Source: Nitrospirota bacterium
GTDB lineage: Bacteria > Nitrospirota > UBA9217
Length of the DNA stretch: 64,000 nucleotides
Assembly: GCA_963790205.1 (NCBI GenBank)
Contig: CAWBNQ010000005.1
Location: 416,001 to 480,000, forward strand
Reading direction: 5' to 3'
Of the stretch, positions 19,071-28,627 are shown one piece after another. How positions within the stretch are numbered: position 1 is the stretch's first letter; every line of letters starts with the position of its first letter. The notes under the pieces are model-generated. The model was given only the letters and a program-made list of their open reading frames with translations, was not told the origin of the DNA and searched no databases. The position numbers and the translations under genes are program-made.

Positions 19071-21764
19071 TTACTTCGCCATCTCGCGCAGCGTCTCTTC
19101 CAGTTCCTTCAGGTACTTCCCGTATCCCGCCCAGTCCTCGTTCCGAAGGGCCTCCCGGGCCTTCCTGAGCTGCTCCAGCGCCCTGGCGCCCAGTTGCTTC
19201 GGCTGATCTTTGACCGCGATCGTTCCTTCTCCCGTCAACCGCATACTCGGCAGCGAGCCGGTAAAGAGCCGTTGGATCGCGGCCTCGAGCGTTTCCTCCA
19301 TGACCACTTCGTTGCCGTAGGCCACGATGACTCTCCTGAGCTCCGGCAGCCCTCCCTTGTCCGTGGCCACGAGGTAGAGCGGCTGCACGTAGATGAGCGA
19401 GTCCTCGATGGGGATGATCAAAAGGCTCCCCCGGATCACGTCGGAGCCGTGCTGGCCCCAGAGTGTCAACTGCTGCGAGATATAGGCGTCCTGGTCGATG
19501 CGCGCGTCGATCTGGCGCGGCCCGAAGACCAGACGGTCCCGGGGGAAGGTATAGACCGTGATCTTGCCGTAGTTCTCGCCGTCGCACCGGGCAGCCATCC
19601 AGGCAGCCAGGTTGTCCCGTTTCGACGGGGTGAACGGAAGGAGCAGGATGAACTCTTCCTCCGTAAGACCCGGGAGCTTCGTGATGAGGTAATAGGGCTC
19701 CATGGTCTTTTCTCGGTAGGACGGGACCTCCCAGAGATCTTCCTTGTTGTAGAACACCGAAGGGTCGGTCATGTGGAAGGTCGTGTACATCTGCGACTGG
19801 ATCTTGAGCAGGCCCCGGGGATAGCGGATGTGCCTCCTGAGGTCCTGCGGCATTTCCGCGATCGGTTTGAACAAGGTGGGAAAGATTTTGGCATAGGTCT
19901 TTGTCAGGATGTCGTTCTGGTCCACAACGTAGAACACGACGCTGCCGTCATAAGCGTCCACGACCACCTTGACGGAGTTGCGGATATAATTGGTACCTCC
20001 CTGCATGGGTTTTGAATAGGGCAGGTTCTCCGTGTGCGAGTAGGCGTCGATGATCCAGGAGAGCCGTCCGTTGTCCCCGATCACGAGGTACGGATCGGGG
20101 TCATAGGCGAAGAACGGCGCGATCTCTTCCACCCGCTTCATGATCCTCCGGTTGTAGAGGATCCGGCTTTCGTTCGTCACATCGCTCGACAGGACGAGCT
20201 TAAAGTTCCCGAAGTACGCGGCATAGAGGAGCCGCAACAGGGCCGATGAGAGCCGGACGCCGCCCTTGCCCTCGTAAACGCTGTAGACGTTCCCGCCGGT
20301 CGTGGGATAGCTGAACTCCTTCGTTTTGGTGTTCACGATGACGTAGTCGTTCGGGCTCTCGCCGTAGTAGATCTCGGGGCGCGTCACCTGCGGCCCCGCG
20401 CTCGTGACCGGCGGGATATCCTTGATATAGAACTCCGGCAGCCCTTCCTTGGTGATGCCGCTCACCGGCCCCATGGCCAGGCCGAAACCGTGGGTGAAGA
20501 CGAGCCGTTCGTTGATCCATGATTTCTCCGGCAGATCGGCGTACGACAGCTCGCGCGGGGAGAGCATGACCTGGCGATAGTTGCCGTTCACCGTGTAGCG
20601 GTCGGTGTCCACGCCGCTGAAGTGGTAGTAGGTCCGGATCTGCTGAAGCTGGGAATAGGTCTTGAGCAGCGGCTCCTCGTCCCAAAGCCTGATGTTCTGG
20701 ATCGTTGCGAGGTTTTTCCTGATGTCGGCGAACGTGAGCTGTTTGTTCGCGGCAAAGGGCTGCTGTTCCACGTTCTCCAGGCCATAGCCGTACCGGGTGA
20801 ACTTGATGTGGTTCGCGATAAAGGGCCGCTCCAGGACGATCTCGTTCGGGGAGACCTTGAAGCTCTGGACGGTCGAGGGATAGAGCTGGAGCCCCAGAAA
20901 ATAGACGGCCACGAGCACTCCGAGCGCGGCAAGGGGCGCCAGGAGAGAGCGGCGCGCGGAGAAAACAGGCACAACGATCGCGGCAAGGGCGGAGAGCGCG
21001 GCCATGACCGAGAGCATCGGGAGCCGCGCGTGCACGTCGGTGTACGAGGCCCCGTACAGCACGCCGTGCTCGGAGAAAAGCAGGCCGTAGCGGTCGAGAA
21101 CGAAGCTCGCCGACAGGCTCAAAAGGAAGAGCGATACGAGGATGCCGAGGTGGCGCTTCACTGCCGGTTCCACGGTAAAGAGCCGCCCGATGATCACGAA
21201 GCCGCCGCGGAAAAAATACACAGGCAGGGTCAGGAGGGCCGCGATCGTGATGAGACCGCGCGCCGCGTCGTTCACCTTGTCGACCAAAGGATAGGTGAAG
21301 AGATAGAACGAGATGTCCCTGCCGAAGAGCGGGTCAGCAAGATTGGCCGGCGCGCTGTTCAGAAAAAGGAGCGCCTGCTCCCAGTATGTTGTTCCGATCG
21401 GGTAGGCAAGTACAAAAGCGAACAGCGACACGACGAGCGAGACCCATCCCAGCACCCGGTCGAGATCGAGGTTCTGCAGCTGCGGCGCCCGCTCCCACAA
21501 AGGATGCAGCCCCGCAAGCGCATAAGCGCGCCGCGCAGCGATGCGGAGATTGATGAAGAGGACGAGAAAAGCAACCGTGCCGAAGATGAGTCCGCACAAA
21601 AGCTTTGCCTGGAAGGTCTTTGTGAATATCGCTCCATACCCTACTTCGCGGAAAAACAGCCAGTCCGCCATAAAGGCGATGGACCCGCGCGCTCCCATAA
21701 GAAGGACGAAGGCCGCTATCAGGGCCGCGATAAGAAGCCTGTTTCCTGTTTTTATCTTATTCAT
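19071..21764 (-). CDS. UPF0182 family membrane protein
   Basis: DPLFGRDISFYLF, GASYTDVHA, NIRLWD, LVFTHGFG, NYIRNSVK, VIRGSLLIIPI...YVQPLYL. Confidence 0.95.
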   Translation of the reverse strand: MNKIKTGNRLLIAALIAAFVLLMGARGSIAFMADWLFFREVGYGAIFTKTFQAKLLCGLIFGTVAFLVLFINLRIAARRAYALAGLHPLWERAPQLQNLDLDRVLGWVSLVVSLFAFVLAYPIGTTYWEQALLFLNSAPANLADPLFGRDISFYLFTYPLVDKVNDAARGLITIAALLTLPVYFFRGGFVIIGRLFTVEPAVKRHLGILVSLFLLSLSASFVLDRYGLLFSEHGVLYGASYTDVHARLPMLSVMAALSALAAIVVPVFSARRSLLAPLAALGVLVAVYFLGLQLYPSTVQSFKVSPNEIVLERPFIANHIKFTRYGYGLENVEQQPFAANKQLTFADIRKNLATIQNIRLWDEEPLLKTYSQLQQIRTYYHFSGVDTDRYTVNGNYRQVMLSPRELSYADLPEKSWINERLVFTHGFGLAMGPVSGITKEGLPEFYIKDIPPVTSAGPQVTRPEIYYGESPNDYVIVNTKTKEFSYPTTGGNVYSVYEGKGGVRLSSALLRLLYAAYFGNFKLVLSSDVTNESRILYNRRIMKRVEEIAPFFAYDPDPYLVIGDNGRLSWIIDAYSHTENLPYSKPMQGGTNYIRNSVKVVVDAYDGSVVFYVVDQNDILTKTYAKIFPTLFKPIAEMPQDLRRHIRYPRGLLKIQSQMYTTFHMTDPSVFYNKEDLWEVPSYREKTMEPYYLITKLPGLTEEEFILLLPFTPSKRDNLAAWMAARCDGENYGKITVYTFPRDRLVFGPRQIDARIDQDAYISQQLTLWGQHGSDVIRGSLLIIPIEDSLIYVQPLYLVATDKGGLPELRRVIVAYGNEVVMEETLEAAIQRLFTGSLPSMRLTGEGTIAVKDQPKQLGARALEQLRKAREALRNEDWAGYGKYLKELEETLREMAK

Positions 21765-21961
21765 CCTGTTCCCCTTCCTGGATCGGTTGATGATGCAGTG
21801 AGTACCCGGTGGCGCCGGGACATGGAGCGATCATTGCGGCTTGAGCGTAAGAACGCCACGTGCGGCCATGGAGAGGAAAGAAACAAGCGGTGAAAAATGC
21901 CGTCCTTCAAACAGGCCCCGAAAACCCGGATGAGGGTCCCCGCGAGAGAAGAAAGAATTGT

Positions 21962-21980
21962 CGAGCTGTAACTCAGCTCA
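21962..21980 (-). promoter_or_regulatory. SECIS-like hairpin
   Basis: TGAGCTG-AGTTA-CAGCTCG; loop begins 16 nt after TGA at 21990-21992, G second in loop. Confidence 0.45.
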
Positions 21981-22175
21981 TGTCGAGCTTCACGTGGGGC
22001 CGCAGGCAGGGGAACAGGCCCTTGCCGCTGCCTTCTTATCGTCTTCGGGAAGATGGCACTTTTTGTACTTCTTCCCGCTTCCGCACCAGCACGGCTCGTT
22101 CCTTTCAGGCTTTACTGCCGGCGCCTTTTCTTCCGCGTCCTGAAAAAAGCTCTTTACCCGCTCGAACAGACCCAT
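21978..22175 (-). CDS. Small SEC-C motif (Zn-binding) protein, candidate selenoprotein (ends at 21990 if first TGA is a stop)
   Basis: GGAGG RBS, MGLFERVK..., RNEPCWCGSGKKYKKCH SEC-C motif, C-terminal CSPACGPT-TGA-SST-TGA. Confidence 0.8.
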
Positions 22176-22510
22176 GAATCCTCCCTGAAAAAACGATATT
22201 GCTTTATTGCGTTGCCCGCCATTGTAACAGAACAAGGCATTATTTTCCATTATTGAATTTACGATGGGAGTGTAAACTGCCCGTACGGCCGCAAGCCGCA
22301 GGCAGAGGAAAGCAGGCGGGCGGTATTTTTCAGATAGTGGCGACATTCTTGACCGGCTTGTGATCTGCGCTAAAGAATGCACTGCTATCCACGCCGATTA
22401 TATTTTTCGTTTTAACCGACAGGGAAACATCGAGGGGCAACATCAAAAGGAAGTGGTCTGCCATCGTTCTGAGGAAACGGATTCGCCGTTCACGCATCCT
22501 TGTCACACCG

Positions 22511-22897
22511 TCACTCCTCGTCAAAACAAAGGGTGTTGTCGTCTATCACTACTGTTTCGCAAAATTCCGCGATTTTGTCTTCCGGTACCCCCATGCTCCG
22601 CAGTACGCCGATAAAACGCCTGCGCTGGAACACTGCAATAACGGTCGTTCCAGCCTTGAGCGCCGTCTCCACAGGGTAGCGATACGTTTTATCGCCGGAG
22701 CACGCGACAGAAAACGTGCCGGCCGCGGACCGTTTGGCCCCAATAGCAGCGGCGCCGACTTTTAACTTCCGCGCCTGTTCGAGCTGGACCGTCTCCTGCA
22801 GCAGCATGAGATGGAAGATAGCGTCGTTCAATTCAGCGGGCTTGTCCAGGTACTGCTCCAGGCCGTATTTTTTCGCAAGTTCAGCAGCTGTTTCCAT
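22511..22897 (-). CDS. Hypothetical protein
   Basis: 128-codon ORF with GGAG RBS and protein-like composition; no family recognised. Confidence 0.65.
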   Translation of the reverse strand: METAAELAKKYGLEQYLDKPAELNDAIFHLMLLQETVQLEQARKLKVGAAAIGAKRSAAGTFSVACSGDKTYRYPVETALKAGTTVIAVFQRRRFIGVLRSMGVPEDKIAEFCETVVIDDNTLCFDEE

Positions 22898-22981
22898 AAG
22901 CACTCCAGTGATTACCCCGTATTCCCATAACGCCGTCCCTCACGGTCCCGCATTCGGGAGTCTCCGGATGTTCCCCGCGCA

Positions 22982-23158
22982 TCATATCAGGTCGCTGATT
23001 TCAACAAGACAGCGCTGTACAGCCCTCTTCAGCGTGTCGCCGGCGAGAAGTCGATCGGATACGCAATACGCGAACTTTGCCACGATCTCGTCCGTATTGC
23101 CGCTGAGATCTATCCCCTGTTTCTTCGCCTCTTCGAGAATATGCGCCAGGTCTTTCAT
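22982..23158 (-). CDS. Small hypothetical helical protein (58 aa)
   Basis: GGGGGA RBS then MKDLAHILEEAKKQGIDLSG...; upstream extension in ORF track looks non-coding. Confidence 0.55.
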   Translation of the reverse strand: MKDLAHILEEAKKQGIDLSGNTDEIVAKFAYCVSDRLLAGDTLKRAVQRCLVEISDLI

Positions 23159-23655
23159 CTGTCCCCCATGAATACGGCAGAGTGCAAATAAAAAAATTTT
23201 CAGCTTTCTCATTTGCAGGCTCTCTCGCAGAGGTGATGAGCCTGCGGTTTTTAATTCATGGTTCAGTGGGTAGCGCTCTTCGTTCGGAAACATGCTCTCC
23301 TGTGCCAAGAACAAGAAGCTGTGCTTCCATACAAGCGTGCACCGGTTGACAGCTGTTAGAGCATAGTACAGAGCACGAGGAAAATCAAGACCTATGTGCG
23401 CAAGTGTGGGATTTGAATATCTCATTGCGATTGATCTCGCAGGGCCGGGGACGCTGAGGCGGAAGAGCCTGATGGGGAGGACAGAAAACCGCATGATGCA
23501 GAATGCCTCTTCGCAGTTCAACCTGCTTTTTCCTCACCCGGGAATGGCAAAGAGCAGCACGCATGTCCGTGAAAAAACGACAGAACCTCATTTTTTTCTT
23601 CACTCTTGGCCTCTTTTTTGGTATATATGCACATTCATTTGCTCGCTGAGGAGGC

Positions 23656-24078
23656 ATGTTATTCTTGACTGAAGAGAACGAAAACAAGAGCAGAGGCATA
23701 CAGCGGTACAGCGTGGCTTCACGGCGCACCTCTGCCATGGGCATCATCGCCTTCGACCGGCTCATGCAAACGGAACACATTGTCCGGATTGTCAACCTCA
23801 GCGTGGTCGGCGTGGGGATCGAGTCGGACGAGCCTATCGAACCCGGTTTGGTCTGCTTCAAAGAACAGGTGGGAGGCCACAAGTTCGGCGTCGTCGCCTG
23901 GTGCCGGCTGGACGGCGACCGGTATTTGGCAGGCATCAATTTCACGACCCTGCCCCTTGAAAAGGAACGGTATCTCCGGAAGCAGGTCAAGCAGTCGCAT
24001 CCCCACAAACCGCTCCGGGACCCTGAAAAGATCATTGCAGCGCTGCTCGAGTCCGTCAAAGGGCAAACGAGCGCGTAG
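23656..24078 (+). CDS. PilZ-domain protein
   Basis: RGIQR (RxxxR) and NLSVVG (D/NxSxxG), GVVAWC...AGINF; GAGGAGG RBS. Confidence 0.8.
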   Translation: MLFLTEENENKSRGIQRYSVASRRTSAMGIIAFDRLMQTEHIVRIVNLSVVGVGIESDEPIEPGLVCFKEQVGGHKFGVVAWCRLDGDRYLAGINFTTLPLEKERYLRKQVKQSHPHKPLRDPEKIIAALLESVKGQTSA

Positions 24079-24335
24079 TATTTTCTCCTTCCGCTTGACG
24101 GCACTCCGGAGCCGGTCTTCCCTCACGAAAATAATTCTGTCTTTTTCCAGGACCAACACTGTTTATTGCCAGGGCAAGATGCGCACCGTTGCCGGCACGG
24201 AAGAAGAATGACGACGTCTCCGAAGGCTCAGGGGACGTCAGGGGACCTGTGCGTGCGAATCAGCGTACAAAGGACCTTGGATTTGCTTCGCGACGCTGGG
24301 CGCTTTGTGTCAGGGAAAAAACGGACAGCCGCCCG

Positions 24336-25310
24336 CTATTTGTTCAAGAGCGCCGCCGCTTCTTTGGCGAAATAGGTGAGGATCATGTCGGCCCCGGCTC
24401 GCTTCATCGCGATGAGTGATTCCATCATGGCGCGCTCGCCGTCGATCCATCCCATTTTTGCCGCGGCTTTGATCATGGAGAACTCGCCGCTCACGTTGTA
24501 GGCGGCTACGGGAAGGTTATATTGCTGCCGAACCTGGTAGATGATGTCGAGATACGCGAGCGCGGGCTTCACCATCACGATGTCCGCGCCTTCGTCGATG
24601 TCCAGGGCCACTTCGCGCAGGGCCTCGCGGCTGTTCGGCGCGTCCATCTGATAGGAGCGGCGGTCGCCGAACTGCGGCGTCGATTCCGCCGCTTCGCGGA
24701 AGGGGCCATAGAAGCTCGACGCGTACTTTGCGGCATAGGACATGATCGGCGTATCGTGGAAACCGTGGCCATCGAGGGTGTCGCGGATGGCCCCCACCCG
24801 GCCGTCCATCATGTCCGAGGGCGCGACCATGTCCGCGCCCGCTTTGGCGTGGGAGAGCGCTTCCCTGGCAAGGAGCTCGAGCGTGGCGTCGTTCTGGACC
24901 ACGCCGTTCTTGATCACGCCGCAGTGGCCGTGGCTCGTGTACTCGCAGAGGCAGACATCGGTGATGACGATGAGGTCGGGAAGTTTGTTCTTGATGGCCT
25001 TGATCGCGTGCTGGACAATGCCCTCGTCCGAGTAGGCCTCGCTGCCCACTTCGTCCTTATGCTCCGGAATGCCGAAGAGAAGGACCGCGGGAATGCCGAG
25101 TCCCCTTACCTCTTCGCAGTCCTTCACGATGTTGTCGATGGACTGCTGGAAGTTGCCGGGCATGGAGCCTATCTCTTTTTTGACGCCCTTGCCGTGGGTC
25201 ACGAAAAGAGGGTAGATGAAATCGTCGGGAGAGAGCTTCGTCTCCCTGACCATGCGCCGTATATTCTCGTTGGAACGCAGCCTTCTCGGCCGATACACTG
25301 GTCGGAACAT
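24336..25310 (-). CDS. hemB: Porphobilinogen synthase
   Basis: [36 protein letters not shown]. Confidence 0.99.
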   Translation of the reverse strand: MFRPVYRPRRLRSNENIRRMVRETKLSPDDFIYPLFVTHGKGVKKEIGSMPGNFQQSIDNIVKDCEEVRGLGIPAVLLFGIPEHKDEVGSEAYSDEGIVQHAIKAIKNKLPDLIVITDVCLCEYTSHGHCGVIKNGVVQNDATLELLAREALSHAKAGADMVAPSDMMDGRVGAIRDTLDGHGFHDTPIMSYAAKYASSFYGPFREAAESTPQFGDRRSYQMDAPNSREALREVALDIDEGADIVMVKPALAYLDIIYQVRQQYNLPVAAYNVSGEFSMIKAAAKMGWIDGERAMMESLIAMKRAGADMILTYFAKEAAALLNK

Positions 25311-25326
25311 GGAATCTCCTGAAATA

Positions 25327-25404
25327 CAGGTTGAGGTCAAGGTCGAGGTTTAGAACTTCTTAAGCTTAAGCCTTAGCCTTAGCCTTAGCCTTAGCCTTAG
25401 CCTT
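25327..25404. repeat. Hexamer palindromic repeat with six perfect AGCCTT tandem copies (25369-25404)
   Basis: AGGTTGAGGTCAAGGTCGAGGTTT ... (AGCCTT)x6. Confidence 0.8.
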
Positions 25405-25412
25405 GTTATAGC

Positions 25413-25790
25413 CTAGCTGCAGCCGCACCCGCCGCTGCCGCACCCGCCGCCGCTTTTCGGCTTGGACTCTTCCGTGCCGCAGCCGCAACTTCCGCCCGCG
25501 GGGGCGCCGTTCGGGAACCCGATAACAAAACCCTCGCCCCGCTCGTCGCTGATGAACCCGAGCTCGGCCCCGTCCAGGGTCTTGACCGTTGATTCGTCGA
25601 CATAGAGTTTGGCGCCGTTCTGTTCGACCACAGTATCGCCGTCGCCCGCCTTGTCGTCGATCATGATCTCGTAGGACGGTCCGCAGCATCCGCCGCCAGC
25701 CGCCGCGACGCGCAAGCCGTGGTTCGGCACCCCTTCCGCCTTGAGGATCTCCTTGATCTTGTCCACCGCCAGGTCTGAAATGGTAATCAT
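25413..25790 (-). CDS. HesB/IscA-family Fe-S assembly accessory protein with Cys/Gly-rich tail
   Basis: ITISDLAVDKIK, LRVAAAGGGCCGPSY, LYVD, SCGCG, tail GGGCGSGGCGCS. Confidence 0.88.
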   Translation of the reverse strand: MITISDLAVDKIKEILKAEGVPNHGLRVAAAGGGCCGPSYEIMIDDKAGDGDTVVEQNGAKLYVDESTVKTLDGAELGFISDERGEGFVIGFPNGAPAGGSCGCGTEESKPKSGGGCGSGGCGCS

Positions 25791-25813
25791 GAAATCTCCT
25801 TTTTAATATTTGC

Positions 25814-25882
25814 GTCATTCCGGGCTAGACCCGGAATCCAGCGGCTTCCAGAGTCCCTGGATCCCGCTTTCGCAAGAATAAT
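25814..25882. repeat. GTCATTCC-type REP-like palindrome
   Basis: GTCATTCCGGG-CTAGA-CCCGGAATCCAG ... CTGGATCCCGCTTTCGC. Confidence 0.65.
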
Positions 25883-25888
25883 ACGCAA

Positions 25889-27418
25889 CTACTTTTTCTT
25901 GTAATACTCCACCATCGCCTCAACGAGCGCGGGTATGGTATATTCCTTCGGCATGATGTCTATCTTCATGCCGTGCTCTGCTGCCGTTTTCGCGGTCACC
26001 GGCCCGATGCAGGCCACGACAACACCCTGCAATAACGTTTTATACTCTTTTTGGCCGAGTATTTCAATAAAATTGTTCACTGTGGACGAGCTTGTAAAGG
26101 TGACTGCCGCAATCTTTTTCTCCTCGAAGAGCTTTTTAGCGCGCTCCGCGTCGGCTGCGGGTTTTACGTTCTCGTAGGCGGTCGCGACCGTGACCAGCGC
26201 TCCGAGTTCCCGGAGTTTGTCCGGAATGATCTCGCGCGCAACCTTTGCCCGGGGGATCAGGAATTTTTGTCCCTTCACCTTCACTCCGCCGAGGGCGGAA
26301 AGGACCCCTTCTGCCTTGAATTCCGATGGAATAAGGTCCGGTCTGAGACCGTATGATTCCAGGGCTTCGGCGGTCTTCGGTCCCACCACGCAGATATTGA
26401 CGCCTTTCAGCATGCGAAGGTCCTTGCCGAGCGCTCGAAGACGTTCCATGAAAAACCGGACCGCGTTCGCGCTCGTAAAGATCAACCAGTTGTATGTTTC
26501 GATCGTATTGACGGCCCCATCGAGCTCGTCCCAGCTTGCGGGCGGGACAACTTCGATGGTCGGAAATTCTATGGTCGTGGCACCGAGATCGATGAGCTTC
26601 TCGGCAAATACGCTCGCCTGGTCCCGGGAGCGGGTCACAACAATGCGCTTGCCGAAAAGCGGCTTGGACTCGTACCAGTTGAGCTTTTGCCGGAGCTTGA
26701 CGACCTCTCCCACCACGATGATGGCCGGAGGGCCGAGCTTCGCTTCTTTCACTTTGGGGACGATGTCCTGGAGCGTGCCGGTCACGACCCGCTGATCCGT
26801 GCGCGTGCCCCACTGGATGAGCGCAACGGGCGTTTCCGGGTCCCTGCCGTGCGAGACGAGGTTGTCAACGATATTTTGAAGGTTCTTCATGCCCATGAAG
26901 AACACGAGCGTGCCGATGCCGGTCGCGATCTTGTCCCAGTGCACTTTCGATTCCGGCTTGGTCGGATCTTCGTGGCCGGTGACGAAGGCAACGCTTGCCG
27001 TATGCTCGCGGTGGGTCAGCGGGATGCCGGCGTAGGTCGGCACCGACGTGGCCGCGGTCACGCCGGGGACGATCTCGAAAGGGATGTGGTTATCGGCAAG
27101 TTCTTCGGCCTCTTCTCCTCCCCTGCCGAAGATGAAGGGGTCCCCGCCTTTCAGCCGCGCGACGAGCTTCCCCTCCCGCGCCTTCCTGACGATGAGACCG
27201 TTGATCTCATCCTGCGGGAGCGTGTGCCTGCTCCCCTGTTTGCCGACGTAAATGAGCTCCGCGTCAGGACGCCGCTGCTCGAGCAGGCGCTCATTGGCAA
27301 GATAGTCATAGATGATCACGTCGGCCCGTTTGACACACTCCAGTCCCTTGACCGTGATCAGACCCGGATCCCCGGGTCCCGCGCCGATTAAATATACTTT
27401 TCCGATAGATTGGGTCAT
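25889..27418 (-). CDS. cobA: Uroporphyrinogen-III C-methyltransferase / uroporphyrinogen-III synthase fusion (CobA-HemD)
   Basis: GAGPGDPGLIT, RLKGGDPFIFGRGGEE, then IVVTRSRDQA, FTSANAV, FTSSSTV, CIGPVT. Confidence 0.96.
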   Translation of the reverse strand: MTQSIGKVYLIGAGPGDPGLITVKGLECVKRADVIIYDYLANERLLEQRRPDAELIYVGKQGSRHTLPQDEINGLIVRKAREGKLVARLKGGDPFIFGRGGEEAEELADNHIPFEIVPGVTAATSVPTYAGIPLTHREHTASVAFVTGHEDPTKPESKVHWDKIATGIGTLVFFMGMKNLQNIVDNLVSHGRDPETPVALIQWGTRTDQRVVTGTLQDIVPKVKEAKLGPPAIIVVGEVVKLRQKLNWYESKPLFGKRIVVTRSRDQASVFAEKLIDLGATTIEFPTIEVVPPASWDELDGAVNTIETYNWLIFTSANAVRFFMERLRALGKDLRMLKGVNICVVGPKTAEALESYGLRPDLIPSEFKAEGVLSALGGVKVKGQKFLIPRAKVAREIIPDKLRELGALVTVATAYENVKPAADAERAKKLFEEKKIAAVTFTSSSTVNNFIEILGQKEYKTLLQGVVVACIGPVTAKTAAEHGMKIDIMPKEYTIPALVEAMVEYYKKK

Positions 27419-27428
27419 ATTCTTTTTT

Positions 27429-27557
27429 ACCACAGAGGACACAGAGAAAACCGAAAGGATCAATAACGGTATCGGGGTTTGAGAGGATCATGAGAAACCG
27501 AGGTTAGATTAGAATTTCTGCGGTTATCTTTTCTCCAACCTCTGTGGTCTCTGTGGT
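27429..27557. repeat. CACAGAG-type palindromic intergenic repeat
   Basis: ACCACAGAGGACACAGAG ... CTCTGTGGTCTCTGTGGT; relatives at about 18877-18955, 18989-19008 and 30911-30968. Confidence 0.75.
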
Positions 27558-27560
27558 TGA

Positions 27561-28526
27561 TTAGTTGTTTTCTAAAAGATTATTGCCGCTGAAGTCCGTC
27601 GAGTTCCCGTAGACTTCCCGAAGGATGACGTCCGCGCCCCGGGACAGGAGCTTCTCGGCCAGCGTGACGCCCAGTTTCTCCGCCTTTTCCGGCTCCCCGT
27701 CGATGGCGTCTTTGATGATCCGCTTTCCGTCCACGCTGCCCACGAGCCCGATAAGATGGAGTTTCCCGTCCTTCATCTCTCCGTAGCACGCGATCGGGAC
27801 CTGACATCCTCCTTCGAGCCGCCGCAGGAGCGCCCGTTCGCCCGTGACGCACGTGCGGGTGTCGGCATGGTTGAAGAACGCGATGAGGTCGTTCAGCTCC
27901 CTGTCGTCTACCCGGCATTCGATGCCGAGCGCGCCCTGGCCGATGGCGGGCAGACTGATCTCCGGATCGATATACTCCGAAACGTTTTCCGCGAGCCCGA
28001 GGCGCTTGACCCCTGCCGCGGCCAGGATAATGGCGTCGTATTGACCTTCCTTGAGCTTCCTGAGGCGCGTGTCCACGTTGCCGCGAAGCTGATTGATCAC
28101 AAAATCCGGCCGGATATTCATGAGCTGGGCTTGGCGCCTGAGGCTGCTCGTGCCCACGTTCGCTCCTTTGGGCAGGTCCTTAAACTTCACCTTGTTCCGC
28201 GTCAGCAAAGCGTCCCGCGGGTCCTCACGCTTCGTGATGCACGAAAGATGGAGCCCGTCCGGGAAGAACGTCGGCACGTCCTTCATGCTGTGGACAGCAA
28301 TGTCGATCTCGCCCTCCAGCATGGCCTCCTCGATCTCCTTTACGAAGAGTCCCTTGCCGCCCACCTTGGCGAGCGGCACGTCAAGTATCTTGTCTCCCGT
28401 AGTCTTGATCTTGGTGAGGGTCACGGACGTGCCCGGATATTTTTTCTCGAGCTCCGACTTCACCCATTCCGCCTGCCAGAGCGCGAGCGCGCTGGCACGG
28501 GTACCGATCCTGATCTGTTTTCGCAA
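27561..28526 (-). CDS. hemC: Hydroxymethylbilane synthase
   Basis: IGTRASALALWQA, GGKGLFVKEIE, AVHSMKDVP, GTSSLRR, LEGGCQVPI. Confidence 0.99.
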   Translation of the reverse strand: MRKQIRIGTRASALALWQAEWVKSELEKKYPGTSVTLTKIKTTGDKILDVPLAKVGGKGLFVKEIEEAMLEGEIDIAVHSMKDVPTFFPDGLHLSCITKREDPRDALLTRNKVKFKDLPKGANVGTSSLRRQAQLMNIRPDFVINQLRGNVDTRLRKLKEGQYDAIILAAAGVKRLGLAENVSEYIDPEISLPAIGQGALGIECRVDDRELNDLIAFFNHADTRTCVTGERALLRRLEGGCQVPIACYGEMKDGKLHLIGLVGSVDGKRIIKDAIDGEPEKAEKLGVTLAEKLLSRGADVILREVYGNSTDFSGNNLLENN

Positions 28527-28550
28527 TGAAAAGCTCCTTTAAAAGTTGCA

Positions 28551-28617
28551 AGGTTGAGGTCAAGTATAGGTTCAGAAGGAGAATCGCTCAGCCTCAACCT
28601 CAGACTGAACCTGGCCT
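28551..28617. repeat. Hexamer-unit palindromic intergenic repeat
   Basis: AGGTTGAGGTCAAGTATAGGTTCAG ... CTCAGCCTCAACCTCAGACTGAACCT. Confidence 0.65.
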
Positions 28618-28627
28618 GTTCTATGAA

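Noticed and set aside
23292..23307. Sigma54 promoter TGGCAC on minus strand
   Set aside because: GC is one base too close to GG and lacks TTGC
25670..25700. Selenocysteine in HesB-like protein
   Set aside because: Motif is encoded by TGC TGC and the ORF ends in TAG
25327..28617. CRISPR array interpretation of intergenic repeats
   Set aside because: No regular repeat-spacer periodicity and no cas genes
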